Shown piece by piece: positions 28,320 through 37,352 of a DNA stretch of 64,000 nucleotides. The stretch is from an uncultured Actinomycetota bacterium (GTDB lineage Bacteria; Actinomycetota; Acidimicrobiia; Acidimicrobiales; Bog-793). Location: positions 1,453-65,452 of the forward strand of contig CAVXWO010000003.1 in NCBI GenBank assembly GCA_963765505.1, written 5' to 3'. The stretch's first letter is position 1. Every line of letters starts with the position of its first letter. The notes below the pieces were generated by a model. The model was given only the letters and a program-made list of their open reading frames with translations, ran no database searches and was not told the origin of the DNA. The translations under genes were made by a program, and so were the position numbers.

Positions 28320-28885
28320 GGCGACATGGTGCCCGTCGCGTGGGCGGTGCGCCCGGGGAGAGGCGCGGCGTTCGCGCCCGGAGGTGCGAGCTCGGCACTG
28401 AGCTCCAGCTCGTAGTTCTGGCCGACGAGGTCCACCCCGAAGCTGTGAAGGGGCTCCTCGGCGGTCAGCCGGAACCCCGCATCGAGGTAGATACGTCGAG
28501 CCGCCGTCAGCGAGTGGTTCGTCCACCGCAGCATCCGCCGGTAGCCGGCGCTCCGGGCGAGCTCGACGCAGCTGCCCACCAGCCGTTGGCCGAGGTGGTG
28601 GCCGCGCGCCGAGGGATGCATGAGCAGGATCCGCAGCTGCGCCGTCTCCGCGTCCTTCGCCATCACGAACGCGCAGCCGACGCGCCGGCCGTCGCCTTCG
28701 GCGATCCGTGCGGCCTCCCGCGACGGGTCGTGGCCGGCGGCGTAGTCGGCCACGACCCGTGCCACGAGCGCCTCGAAATCGGTGTCCCAGCCGAACTCCT
28801 CGGCGTAGACCTCCCCGTGCGCCATGACCACCCAGCCGAGGTCCCCGGGACGGCCCAATGGCCGGATCGAGAGCTTCCCGATCAC
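28316..28885 (-). CDS. GNAT-family N-acetyltransferase
   Basis: Contains ILLMHPSARGHHLGQRLV (acetyl-CoA-binding Q/RxxGxG/A-like) and AARRIYLDAGF. Confidence 0.85.
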   Translation of the reverse strand: MIGKLSIRPLGRPGDLGWVVMAHGEVYAEEFGWDTDFEALVARVVADYAAGHDPSREAARIAEGDGRRVGCAFVMAKDAETAQLRILLMHPSARGHHLGQRLVGSCVELARSAGYRRMLRWTNHSLTAARRIYLDAGFRLTAEEPLHSFGVDLVGQNYELELSAELAPPGANAAPLPGRTAHATGTMSP

Positions 28886-29187
28886 CGCCGGGTCTCCCGC
28901 TGGCTGACTGACACACTCGTTTCAGTCACGACGTGAGCACACTGCGGCGCCAGTCACTGCATCAGTCGTTTCAGCTTCGCGATCCAGTCGGGCCCTGAGC
29001 CGCTTAAGCTGGGCAATTCGTCGGGCCACGGGGCCGGAAGCCTCGGGCGTGCCGATCGACGCCCTTCCCCGTCGGGGTCGTCGGCGACCGTGGGCGAGGC
29101 GCCACGCGCCGGCCGACGGCGACCGGCGCGAGTTCACGGGGCCGAAACACAGCGGAAACCCGACCGACTCAGCGTTCGCCTATATCC

Positions 29188-30786
29188 GTGGGGGTGAGTG
29201 TGGACGCACCGTACGTGCCTGCGCGCGGCTACGACGAGCTGGTCGAGGCCGACGGCCGGCCGCGCAAGGTGGCCGGGCCGATGTGGGGGCACCTCATGCG
29301 GCTCGGGCCCGACGCGATGACGGACCGCCAGCGCGCGGCCGAGCGCGAGATCCGCTCGGTCGGGGTGACCTTCCGCACCGGCGGCGACGATTCCTCCGCG
29401 GACCGGCCGTGGCCCTTCGACGTCATCCCGAGGGTGATCGGCTCGGAGGAGTGGGCACGCATCGCCGACGGCCTGGTCCAGCGGCTGCAGGCGCTCAACC
29501 GCTTCGTCGACGACGTCTACCACGACCAGCGCATCGTGAAGTCCGGCGTCGTGCCCTCCGACCTCGTGGTGGGCTCGCCGAACTTCCGCCCCGAATGCAT
29601 GGGGGCGGACCCACCCGGCGGCGTGTGGGCGCACATCTGCGGGAGCGACCTGATCCGCGACGAGGACGGCACCCTCTACGTGCTGGAGGACAACCTGCGC
29701 GTCCCCTCCGGCGTCTCGTACGTGCTCGAGAACCGCCTGATCGCGAAGCGCATCTTCCCCGAGCTGTTCCGCTCCTACAGCGTCGAGCCCGTCGACCAGT
29801 ACGTGGGTCGCCTCGCCGCGCTCCTCGCGTCGGTCGCGCCGGTCGACCGGGACCCGCGGATCGTCGTGCTCACGCCCGGCCCGTTCAACGCCGCCTACTA
29901 CGAGCACACCTTCCTCGCCCAGCAGCTCGGCGTCGACCTGGTCGAAGGACGCGACCTGACGGTCCTCGACGACGACACGCTCTACGTGCGCACCATCGAC
30001 GGGCTCGAGCGCGTCGACGTCATCTACCGGCGCGTCGACGACCTCTTCCTCGACCCGGAGGTCTTCCGGGGCGACTCCATGATCGGCGTGCCGGGGCTGA
30101 TGCGGGCGTGGCGGTCGGGGAACGTGGCGCTCGTGAACGCCCCGGGGACCGGCGTCGCCGACGACAAGGCCGTCTACCCCTTCGTGGCGGACATGATCCG
30201 CTTCTACCTCGACCAGGAGCCGATCCTGCCGACCGTCACCACCTGGCGCTGCGCCGACTCCGACCACCGGACCTACGTGCTCGCGCACCTCGATGAACTC
30301 GTGGTGAAGCCCTCGAACGAGTCGGGCGGCTACGGCATCGTGATCGGGCCGAAGGCCGGCGACGAGGCCCTGCTCCACGTGGCCCGGCGCATCGAGCGGT
30401 ACCCGCCGGGCTGGGTCGCGCAGCCCTGCCTGAACCTCTCGACGATGCCGACCCTCGCCGACGGCAAGGTGGTGTCGCGCCACGTCGACCTGCGGCCGTT
30501 CACGCTGCTCGGCCCGGAAGGCGCCTACGTCACCCCCGGCGGGCTCACCCGGGTGGCGCGCCAGGAGGGCTCGCTCATCGTGAACTCCTCCCAGGGTGGC
30601 GGCAGCAAGGACACGTGGGTGGTGAGCGGCGCCGTGACCGATCCGGTCTTCCCCGACGTCGCTCCCGCCACGGGCGCCGTCCTCGGGCGGGTGTCGCCGG
30701 CCGAGCCGGCGAACAGGGTTTCGGACCCGGGACCGGACGGCGGGGGCGCGCAGGAGGCGCGCCGGGCCGAGCCGGCGCAGCAGTGA
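29188..30786 (+). CDS. circularly permuted ATP-grasp protein (CP_ATPgrasp_2 / DUF404-DUF407 type)
   Basis: 532 aa. The N-terminus YDELVEADGRPRKV, then GVTFR, LYVLEDNLRVPSGVSYVLENR, LVVKPSNESGGYGI and SSQGGGSKDTWV are typical of this family. Confidence 0.9.
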   Translation: MGVSVDAPYVPARGYDELVEADGRPRKVAGPMWGHLMRLGPDAMTDRQRAAEREIRSVGVTFRTGGDDSSADRPWPFDVIPRVIGSEEWARIADGLVQRLQALNRFVDDVYHDQRIVKSGVVPSDLVVGSPNFRPECMGADPPGGVWAHICGSDLIRDEDGTLYVLEDNLRVPSGVSYVLENRLIAKRIFPELFRSYSVEPVDQYVGRLAALLASVAPVDRDPRIVVLTPGPFNAAYYEHTFLAQQLGVDLVEGRDLTVLDDDTLYVRTIDGLERVDVIYRRVDDLFLDPEVFRGDSMIGVPGLMRAWRSGNVALVNAPGTGVADDKAVYPFVADMIRFYLDQEPILPTVTTWRCADSDHRTYVLAHLDELVVKPSNESGGYGIVIGPKAGDEALLHVARRIERYPPGWVAQPCLNLSTMPTLADGKVVSRHVDLRPFTLLGPEGAYVTPGGLTRVARQEGSLIVNSSQGGGSKDTWVVSGAVTDPVFPDVAPATGAVLGRVSPAEPANRVSDPGPDGGGAQEARRAEPAQQ

Positions 30787-30850
30787 GGGACGCGATGTGG
30801 GACGGGACGTGGGACGCGAGCTGGCACGGACACGCGCAGCGGGACAGGAG

Positions 30851-32827
30851 ATGACGAACATGCTGCTCGCCCGGACGGCGGAGTCGGTCTACTGGGCCGG
30901 GCGCTACCTGGAGCGCGCCGAGGACATGGCCCGGATCGTGCTCGTCCACGGCGACACCCATGTCGACCTCCCCGTCGGGGAGGACATCGGTTGGGCGCCC
31001 CTGCTGGAGATCGCCGGCGTCGAGCACGCCTACGCGCAGCGCCACTGGGGCTCGCGCCTCACCGCCGAGGGCCAGCGGGGCGACATCCCGGCCCGCGAGG
31101 CCGAGGTGGTCGAGTTCCTCCTCTTCGAGGACGACAATCCGTCCGCCGTGCTCGCCTCGGTGTCGGGGGCGCGCGAGGCATTGCGGCTGGCCCGGCCTGC
31201 GGTGCCGCGCGAGGCGTGGGAGCTGTGCAACGACCTGTGGCTGGCGCTCGGGGAGCAGCGCGCCGAGCTGCGGACGCGCGACGCCCGGGTGCGGCTGCTG
31301 CGCCGCGTCATCGCCGACTGCCAGCGGGTGAACGGAGCGCTGTGGGGCGTCATGCGCCGCGACGCGGCGATGGCGTTCATGCGCATCGGGCAGTACCTGG
31401 AGCGTGTCGACCTGACCTGCCGGCTGCTCGCGGTCCGAGCCGACGACGCGGTGGTGGAGGGGCGGGACGACCCCTACGACGAGATCCGCTCCATGGGGGT
31501 GCTGCGCTCCCTCGCCGCCTACCAGCCCTTCCGCCGCGCGATGCCGACCCGGCCGGGCGAGGGGTCGACGCTCGAGTTCCTGCTGCGCGACGAGGCGTTC
31601 CCGAGGGCGGCGGCCTCGTGCCTCAGCGAGCTGCGCGGCTACCTGAAGGAGCTCCCCTGCAACGAGGAGCCGCTCGAGGCGTGCACCGACGCCGCGGTGC
31701 GCCTCGCCGGCACGCCGGTCGGCCAGCTCTCGGCGCTGCAGCTGCGGCGGTTCGTCGTCGAGCTGCAGCCCATGCTGGCGACCATCCACGATCGGCTCGC
31801 GTCCACGTACTTTCATGGTGCACCGATGGAGCGGGCGGCCGGACAGGAGCAGCGGTCGGCGCCACAGGTGCGCCGGCGCTCGCTGGCTGCCGTGCGGCCC
31901 GATGCCGCTGACGTCGCCCTGTCCGGTCGCCGGTACGAGGTGACTCACCGCACGACCTACCGCTACCAGGCCCCGGCCGAGCTGTCCCACGTCGAGGCGC
32001 ACCTGCGTCCTCGCGACATGGCGCGCCAGCAGTGCCTGAGCCACGAGCTCGACGTCGAGCCGGAGCCGTCGACCTGGTCGGAGCAGGCCGACCTGTTCGG
32101 CAACCGCGTCACCAAGCTCATCGTCCGCGGCCACTTCGACGTCCTCTCCGTCACCTCGACGAGCGAGGTCGCCGTCGCCCCGGCTCCCGAGCCACCCGAG
32201 GGGCCGCCGTGGGAGTCGGTCCGCACGCTGCTCGAGCGGGACCGCCAGCCCGAGACCCGTGACGCCCGCCGCTACCGGGCGGCGTCGCGGCTCGTCCCGA
32301 CCTCCTCGGTGCTCTCGGAGTACGCGCAGGAGTCGTTCGCCCCGGGGCGGCCGTTCGTCGAGGCCGTGGTGGAGCTGTCGACGCGCATCAACCGCGACTT
32401 CAAGTACGAGCCGGGCTTCACCTCCGTCACGACGCCGCTGCTCGAAGTGTTCGAGGCGCGGCGCGGGGTGTGCCAGGACTTCGCCCATCTCGCGGTGGCG
32501 TCGCTTCGCGCCGTCGGGCTCGCGGCACGCTACGTGAGCGGCTACATCGAGACCATCCCGCCGCCGGGGGGCGAGCGGATGACCGGGGCGGACGCGTCGC
32601 ACGCATGGGCGTCGGCGTACCTGCCGGGATGGGGCTGGCTCGACGTCGATCCCACGAACGACCAGCTCGTCTCCGACTCGCACGTGACGACGGCTTGGGG
32701 ACGGGACTACTGGGACGTGTCGCCGCTGCGGGGCACGGTGGAGGGCGGGGGTGCGTCGCACACCCTCGAGGTCGCGGTGGACGTGGTGCGCCTCGGGTCC
32801 GGGAGAGCCGGCGTCGAGGGCTCTTGA
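30851..32827 (+). CDS. alpha-E domain protein fused in frame to a transglutaminase-like protein (Bact_transglu_N + core)
   Basis: The N-half starts LLARTAESVYWAGRYLERAEDMARIV (alpha-E/DUF403). The C-half has YEVTHRTTYRY, GVCQDFAHLAVASLRAVGLAARYVSGY, HAWASAY and WLDVDPTN (Cys-His-Asp core). ATG at 30851 follows AGGAG. Confidence 0.85.
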   Translation: MTNMLLARTAESVYWAGRYLERAEDMARIVLVHGDTHVDLPVGEDIGWAPLLEIAGVEHAYAQRHWGSRLTAEGQRGDIPAREAEVVEFLLFEDDNPSAVLASVSGAREALRLARPAVPREAWELCNDLWLALGEQRAELRTRDARVRLLRRVIADCQRVNGALWGVMRRDAAMAFMRIGQYLERVDLTCRLLAVRADDAVVEGRDDPYDEIRSMGVLRSLAAYQPFRRAMPTRPGEGSTLEFLLRDEAFPRAAASCLSELRGYLKELPCNEEPLEACTDAAVRLAGTPVGQLSALQLRRFVVELQPMLATIHDRLASTYFHGAPMERAAGQEQRSAPQVRRRSLAAVRPDAADVALSGRRYEVTHRTTYRYQAPAELSHVEAHLRPRDMARQQCLSHELDVEPEPSTWSEQADLFGNRVTKLIVRGHFDVLSVTSTSEVAVAPAPEPPEGPPWESVRTLLERDRQPETRDARRYRAASRLVPTSSVLSEYAQESFAPGRPFVEAVVELSTRINRDFKYEPGFTSVTTPLLEVFEARRGVCQDFAHLAVASLRAVGLAARYVSGYIETIPPPGGERMTGADASHAWASAYLPGWGWLDVDPTNDQLVSDSHVTTAWGRDYWDVSPLRGTVEGGGASHTLEVAVDVVRLGSGRAGVEGS

Positions 32828-32831
32828 GGCG

Positions 32832-33528
32832 TCAGGCCGCTTCGGCCAGCTGCTCCTCGACCCGCCGTCCGCCCCACCGCACGGCGATCCCGTCCCGGCG
32901 CATCGTGTAGGTGAAGCCGAAGATCGAGCAGGCGATCGCGCCGATCGTCGAGCCCCACGTGATCGCCGTGCGCTCGAGCACGAAGGACTTGAGCGAGGTC
33001 GACAGGAGCAGCCAGAGGACCAGTCCCGTGTTGACGAGCATGACCGCCGCCCACATCACCGATATCCGCACGAAGAACTGCTGGACCCGCGGCCGCCTCA
33101 GCAGCCGGGGATCCCACGGGCAGAAGTCCTCGGCGAAGCGTTGCGTCAGGGGGCGGCGTACGATGGCCGAGCCGACGAGGACGATCGAGGCGACGACGCT
33201 CGAGGCCATCGGTGGGACGAAGTAGAGGGTCGGGCTCTCGGTGATGAGCGAGAAACCCCGTCCGTAGCGCCAGCAGGACGGCGCCCACCGCGAGCACCGT
33301 CGAGACGCGGTCTCGCCGTACGACGCGCCGGGTCAGCGCCGCCATCGAGCAGATGAACGCCGCGACGAGCGCGGCGCGAAAGCCGCCGAGGAGGAGGACG
33401 ACGTAGAACACGGCGGCGGGTGCGACCACGCCCTCAAGCACCGTCGGGATGGAGTGGAGCAACGCGGCGCGCGGCGCAGGCAGCTGCAGGACCGAACCGT
33501 CGTCGCCCGACTCCGACACCGTGACCAT
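32832..33528 (-). pseudogene. integral membrane protein with one frame break
   Basis: The N-part (frame of ORF 32707-33750, ATG at 33528) joins the C-part (ORF 32832-33209) through GFSLITESPTLYFVPP in a third frame. The break is at a C4 run (33256-33259). Confidence 0.5.
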
Positions 33529-34108
33529 CGGGAGCGGATGCGCGGCCACATCCGCGGCAGGTCGTTGCGACCTTGCGTTCCAGGGCACCAGAGCGACCTT
33601 CCATCGAGGGATGCGACGTCGGGAGAAGGTCGCTTGCCCACGAACATCGTAGCGGGGAGGGCTCCGGATTCCCCGTCGGGGGCTCGGCCCTGATGGCATC
33701 TTCACAGAAATGACACGGTTGCTGCCGGCAATTGACTGCCTGGGGGACATACGACACGGGCGGGGCCGGAATTTAGGCGGAAATTAGCCATCCGCTGACC
33801 CCCGCCGCCATCTCCGGCTTGGTAGGGTGGCCTGCGCCTTCAATAGTGAGAGGCCGCATCCGGTGGGATAACGTCACCGAGCCTGAAAGTCGGCCCCTCC
33901 AATGATTCCCTCGAACCGGCTGGTAGCCACCGGCCCAGCGCCAGTGAGCGCGCTCGGCGATCTGCCCTGCCTTCCTGACGACATCGGCCTCGTGCCCTGC
34001 GACGAGCTGGCCGCTGTGGGCCCGGCCCTGGCGGACGACCCCGGGCCGGAGTGCCTCGAGGCCCTCGCCGACGACGACCTGGAGCTCCCGGCGACGGCGC
34101 CGCCGCGC

Positions 34109-35054
34109 ATGGGACGCGTCCATCGCACGATCACGGCGGTCATCCTCTTCGGGCCCCTGGCCGGGGTGATCGCGGCCATCGTCGCGTTGTTCGGCCGCGG
34201 CATCGACACCCTCGACATCCTTCTCGCCGTGGGGTTCTACGCGGTTGCCGGCCACGGCGTGACCGCCGGGTACCACCGCCTGTTCGCGCACCGGGGATTC
34301 ACCGCGACACGGGGCGCGAAGATCGCGCTCTGCCTCGCCGGATCGCTCGCCTTCGAGGGCGCGGTGATCGCCTGGGTGGCCAACCACCGCCGGCACCACG
34401 CCTTCACCGACCGGGCCGGAGATCCGCACTCTCCCCACCTGGTCGGTGACGTGCCGTGGTCGCGCACCCGCGGCGCTCTTCACGCCCACGTCGGCTGGAT
34501 GCTCAAGGTGCAGCCGACCGACGTCGGTCGCTGGGCCCCCGACCTCGCCGCCGACCGCGACCTCGTGATGATCAGCCGCCTCTTCCCGCTGCTCTGCATC
34601 GTGTCGCTCGGGATGCCCGCCCTCATCGGCTGGGCGGTCACCGGTACCGCTGCGGGCGCGCTCGGCGCCTTCATCTGGGGCGGCCTCGTCAGGGTCTTCA
34701 TCCTCCAGCACGCCACCTTCGCGGTGAACTCGGCCTGCCACATCTGGGGATCGAGGCCCTTCAAGACCCGGACGCACGACCGGGCGACGAACTTCGCGCC
34801 GCTCGCGCTCTTGTCGATGGGCGAGAACTGGCACAACCTGCACCACTCGAACCCGCGCCTCGCGCGCCACGGCGTGGACCGCTGGCAGCTCGACTCGACG
34901 GCGCTCCTGATCCGTCTCCTCGAGAGGATCGGCGTCATCTCCAAGGTCCGCTGGCCGACGCGCGGAGGTGGACGCCCGCCGCCTGCCGAGCGTTCGGCCG
35001 CCGCGTGCACGGTCGTTCGACGATCGGGCACGTGGTTCCGTCACGGTCCCGTAG
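34109..35054 (+). CDS. acyl-CoA (stearoyl-type) desaturase; natural 3' end probably reached only after a frameshift
   Basis: Histidine boxes are HRLFAH, HRRHH and HNLHH. After VRWPT the track frame reads through into the next gene. A 1-nt shift near 34965 gives AEVDARRL... and a stop at 35052-35054. Confidence 0.75.
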
Positions 35055-35065
35055 CCGTGAGCCAG

Positions 35066-35377
35066 ATGGTGCTGGTGACCGAGTACCGCACCAGGCCTGG
35101 CAAGCGTGACGAGCTGTTCCGGCTCTTCGAGCGGCTGCTCGCGCACCGCCGGACCTTCGGCCGCGACGTGATGATGTGGTGCGACTCGGCCACAGAACGC
35201 GACGCGTCGTTCCTCGTCGAGTACTGGAGCGACTCGACCAGCTTCGCCCGCCTCACCGAGACCCCGTGGTACGCGGAGTACGTCGCCGCGGTCGACGTCC
35301 TCGTCGACTCGCCGCCGCACACGACGGTGACGGTGCCTCGATGGGTCGGGGGGATCTCCTCCGGGGCGGTCAGCTGA
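35066..35377 (+). CDS. ABM-domain (antibiotic biosynthesis monooxygenase-like) protein
   Basis: MVLVTEYRTRPGKRDELFRLFERLL...FLVEYWSDSTSFARL, about 103 aa. In the sequence as given it is fused in frame to the desaturase ORF. Confidence 0.6.
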   Translation: MVLVTEYRTRPGKRDELFRLFERLLAHRRTFGRDVMMWCDSATERDASFLVEYWSDSTSFARLTETPWYAEYVAAVDVLVDSPPHTTVTVPRWVGGISSGAVS

Positions 35378-36032
35378 CCGCGTAGGTCGCAGCCGGGTTC
35401 CAGTGCGTCAGGCGCATCTTCGCCGCGATCGCACCGCTCGTGATGGCGGCCCAGGCACACCAGACCGACGCGAACCCGTCGATCGTCAGCCAGGCGATCA
35501 CCCCGATGGCGACGACGTTGACAATGCCGAAGACGACCATGTGACGGTTGCGCGAGAGCAGCAGCGCCCCGCAGACCGCGACGACGTAGCACACGATGAC
35601 CGGCAGGCTGTCGTGCAGCTTGATGCCGTAGCTCAGGTGGTACGGGCGGAGCTGCACGCTGACGGACCCGCGGACCATCGCCGCGAGGAGCACGCCGGCG
35701 ACGCAGGTCCCGATCACCACGAACGGCGCCATCAGCCAGCGCTGGCGCCTGGTCGGCTCGCTCAGCACCACGGCGAGGGGCACGAAGATCGGCAGCACCA
35801 CCAAGGCGATGAGCAGATAGGCCCAGAGCGCCACCCTCCCGATTCCGTGGGGCACGTGGCCCTGGAGGGACAGCCACACGATCGACTCGATCATCTGGTG
35901 GGCACCGAGGAGCAGCGGCAGCACGGCCAGGGCGAGATGGCCGTGGCGCCGTGGCACGTGCCGGACGGCGTCGACGCCGATCGCGGCGATCACCGCGCCG
36001 CCGACGAGATCGGCCTGCGGTGAGAAGCACAT
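35370..36032 (-). CDS. multi-pass membrane protein (DUF6629-like)
   Basis: Starts MCFSPQADLVGG, followed by about 6 TM segments. The ATG at 36032 was verified. Confidence 0.65.
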   Translation of the reverse strand: MCFSPQADLVGGAVIAAIGVDAVRHVPRRHGHLALAVLPLLLGAHQMIESIVWLSLQGHVPHGIGRVALWAYLLIALVVLPIFVPLAVVLSEPTRRQRWLMAPFVVIGTCVAGVLLAAMVRGSVSVQLRPYHLSYGIKLHDSLPVIVCYVVAVCGALLLSRNRHMVVFGIVNVVAIGVIAWLTIDGFASVWCAWAAITSGAIAAKMRLTHWNPAATYAVS

Positions 36033-36232
36033 CGCGTGGACGCTACCGGTGGAGCGCGCCGGACGGCGCAGCGGCAAAGGTGTCCACGGTGCGGCCCCGC
36101 GCGGAGCCGGCGGTCAACTCGCCCGCCCGGCGGGAGTGGCCGGTGCCGTTCCCGGCGGCAGGCGGAGCCGAGCCCGCACGTCGCATACCGACGACGGGAC
36201 TCGGCGCCGCCCGGGCGAACGCCCGGTGATGA

Positions 36233-36585
36233 CTACCTGAGGTCCTGGCGCATCTGCTCCAGCGCCTCGAGACGACGTTGCATCTTTTCCGCGTCAGCCT
36301 CGTCGCGCGACCGGATGCGTGCTTCCAAGATGGCGAGCCGTTCCATCTCGCGCCGCACGAGGTGGCGGCGCTCGATCTCCTCGCGGCCGCGCAGCGCCCG
36401 GTGGAACGCGGCGTACACGTCGCGCGAGCGACTCAGGCCGAGTCGACCCGCGATCGCGGAGAAGGAGCGACCCTCCTCACGCAGGCCGAGGACCTCCTGG
36501 TCGAGGTTGCGTCGTGGAGTTGGGCGCGCCGCTACCGAGCCGCTACGGGGGCGCCGGTCGCGTGAGTCAGCTCGGTCCCCGCCAT
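36233..36585 (-). pseudogene. small HTH protein translationally coupled to cspA, disrupted by an 11-bp tandem duplication
   Basis: ATG at 36585-36583 shares one base with the cspA stop (TGATG). The frame is [16 protein letters not shown], and the HTH (NLDQEVLGLREEGRSFSAIAGRLGLSRSRD) is in the -1 frame. The plus strand shows CGCGCCGCTAC (36525-36535) directly followed by CGAGCCGCTAC (36536-36546). Deleting one unit restores a single ORF. Confidence 0.5.
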
Positions 36586-36791
36586 CACTGGGCAGGGCGC
36601 ACCGCAGTTGCCTGGGGGCCCTTCGGACCAGCGGTGACCTCGTACTCCACGTGCTGGCCCTCGCTCAGCTGGCGGTAGCCGGTGCCCTCGATGGCGCTGT
36701 GGTGGACAAACGCGTCCGCCGTGCCGTCGTCGGGCGTGATGAAGCCGAACCCCTTGTCCGCGTTGAACCACTTAACCGTGCCGGTAGCCAT
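36585..36791 (-). CDS. cspA: cold-shock protein CspA family
   Basis: [32 protein letters not shown], 68 aa. The ATG at 36791 was verified. Confidence 0.95.
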   Translation of the reverse strand: MATGTVKWFNADKGFGFITPDDGTADAFVHHSAIEGTGYRQLSEGQHVEYEVTAGPKGPQATAVRPAQ

Positions 36792-37045
36792 TGGGTGTCT
36801 CGTCTCTTCACGCGTCATCTCCGCAGACGAGCATGACGCCCTGGCCGCAGCACTACCCGGTCGCGTGAGCACACCGGGATAGCCACTGCAGCCTAGCAGG
36901 CAAAATACGCCCGGGATCAGGCTGCAGGCCGCCGCGAGGCGTACGACGTGCGCCCGGTGGCGGCCATCCACGGCACCGCGCACCGGCCGGAACGGTCTCG
37001 GAGCCGACCGGTCCGCGCTCCCCGGCCGGCCGGCGCTTCCTGATC

Positions 37046-37100
37046 CACACCGAGACAGTCACACCGAGTCAGTCACACCGAGTCAGTCACACCGAGACGT
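37046..37100. repeat. tandem repeat, 14-bp unit CACACCGAG(A/T)CAGT, about 4 copies
   Basis: Units occupy 37046-37059, 37060-37073, 37074-37087 and 37088-37100 (partial). They lie in the 560-bp divergent intergenic region between cspA and the secreted-repeat gene. Confidence 0.9.
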
Positions 37101-37352
37101 GGGCGCGGGTTCGAACGCCCGGTGCACGATCCCGACGAGATCGTGCCGGACCACGGCCGGGCACGGGCTCGGACGACCGCATGTCCGGGCGACGTTCCGG
37201 GAACGTTACGGAGCCGGACGCGAGCCCATCGTTCGGACCCGGTCGCTGGGTCTCCCGACCGTAACGCTCTCCGAACGGCCGATGCGTACCGTGCGATCTG
37301 ACGCCACCTCGTGGCGCGTCGAGCTCACCGATCATCCCCGAGGAGGCCCAAC

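Noticed and set aside
26163-28916. 917-aa minus-strand ORF, the longest in this part of the track
   Set aside because: Only the segment ~28005-28319 is meaningful; it is the TetR N-terminal HTH in that frame. The remainder is Arg/Pro/Gly-rich shadow sequence antisense to the plus-strand gene 26334-27617. It also runs out of frame through the GNAT gene.
29134-32761. 575-aa and 728-aa minus-strand ORFs (29134-30861 and 30575-32761)
   Set aside because: They are antisense shadows of the ATP-grasp and alpha-E/transglutaminase genes. Their composition is low-complexity and Arg/Gly/Pro-rich with no motifs, whereas the plus-strand frames carry clear family signatures.
37101-37125. GGTTCGAAC-containing sequence resembling a tRNA T-arm
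   Set aside because: No 5-bp T-stem can be formed around a 7-nt TTCGAAN loop on either strand. No acceptor or anticodon arms are evident. It is just a GGGCG/CGCCC hairpin with a 10-nt loop.
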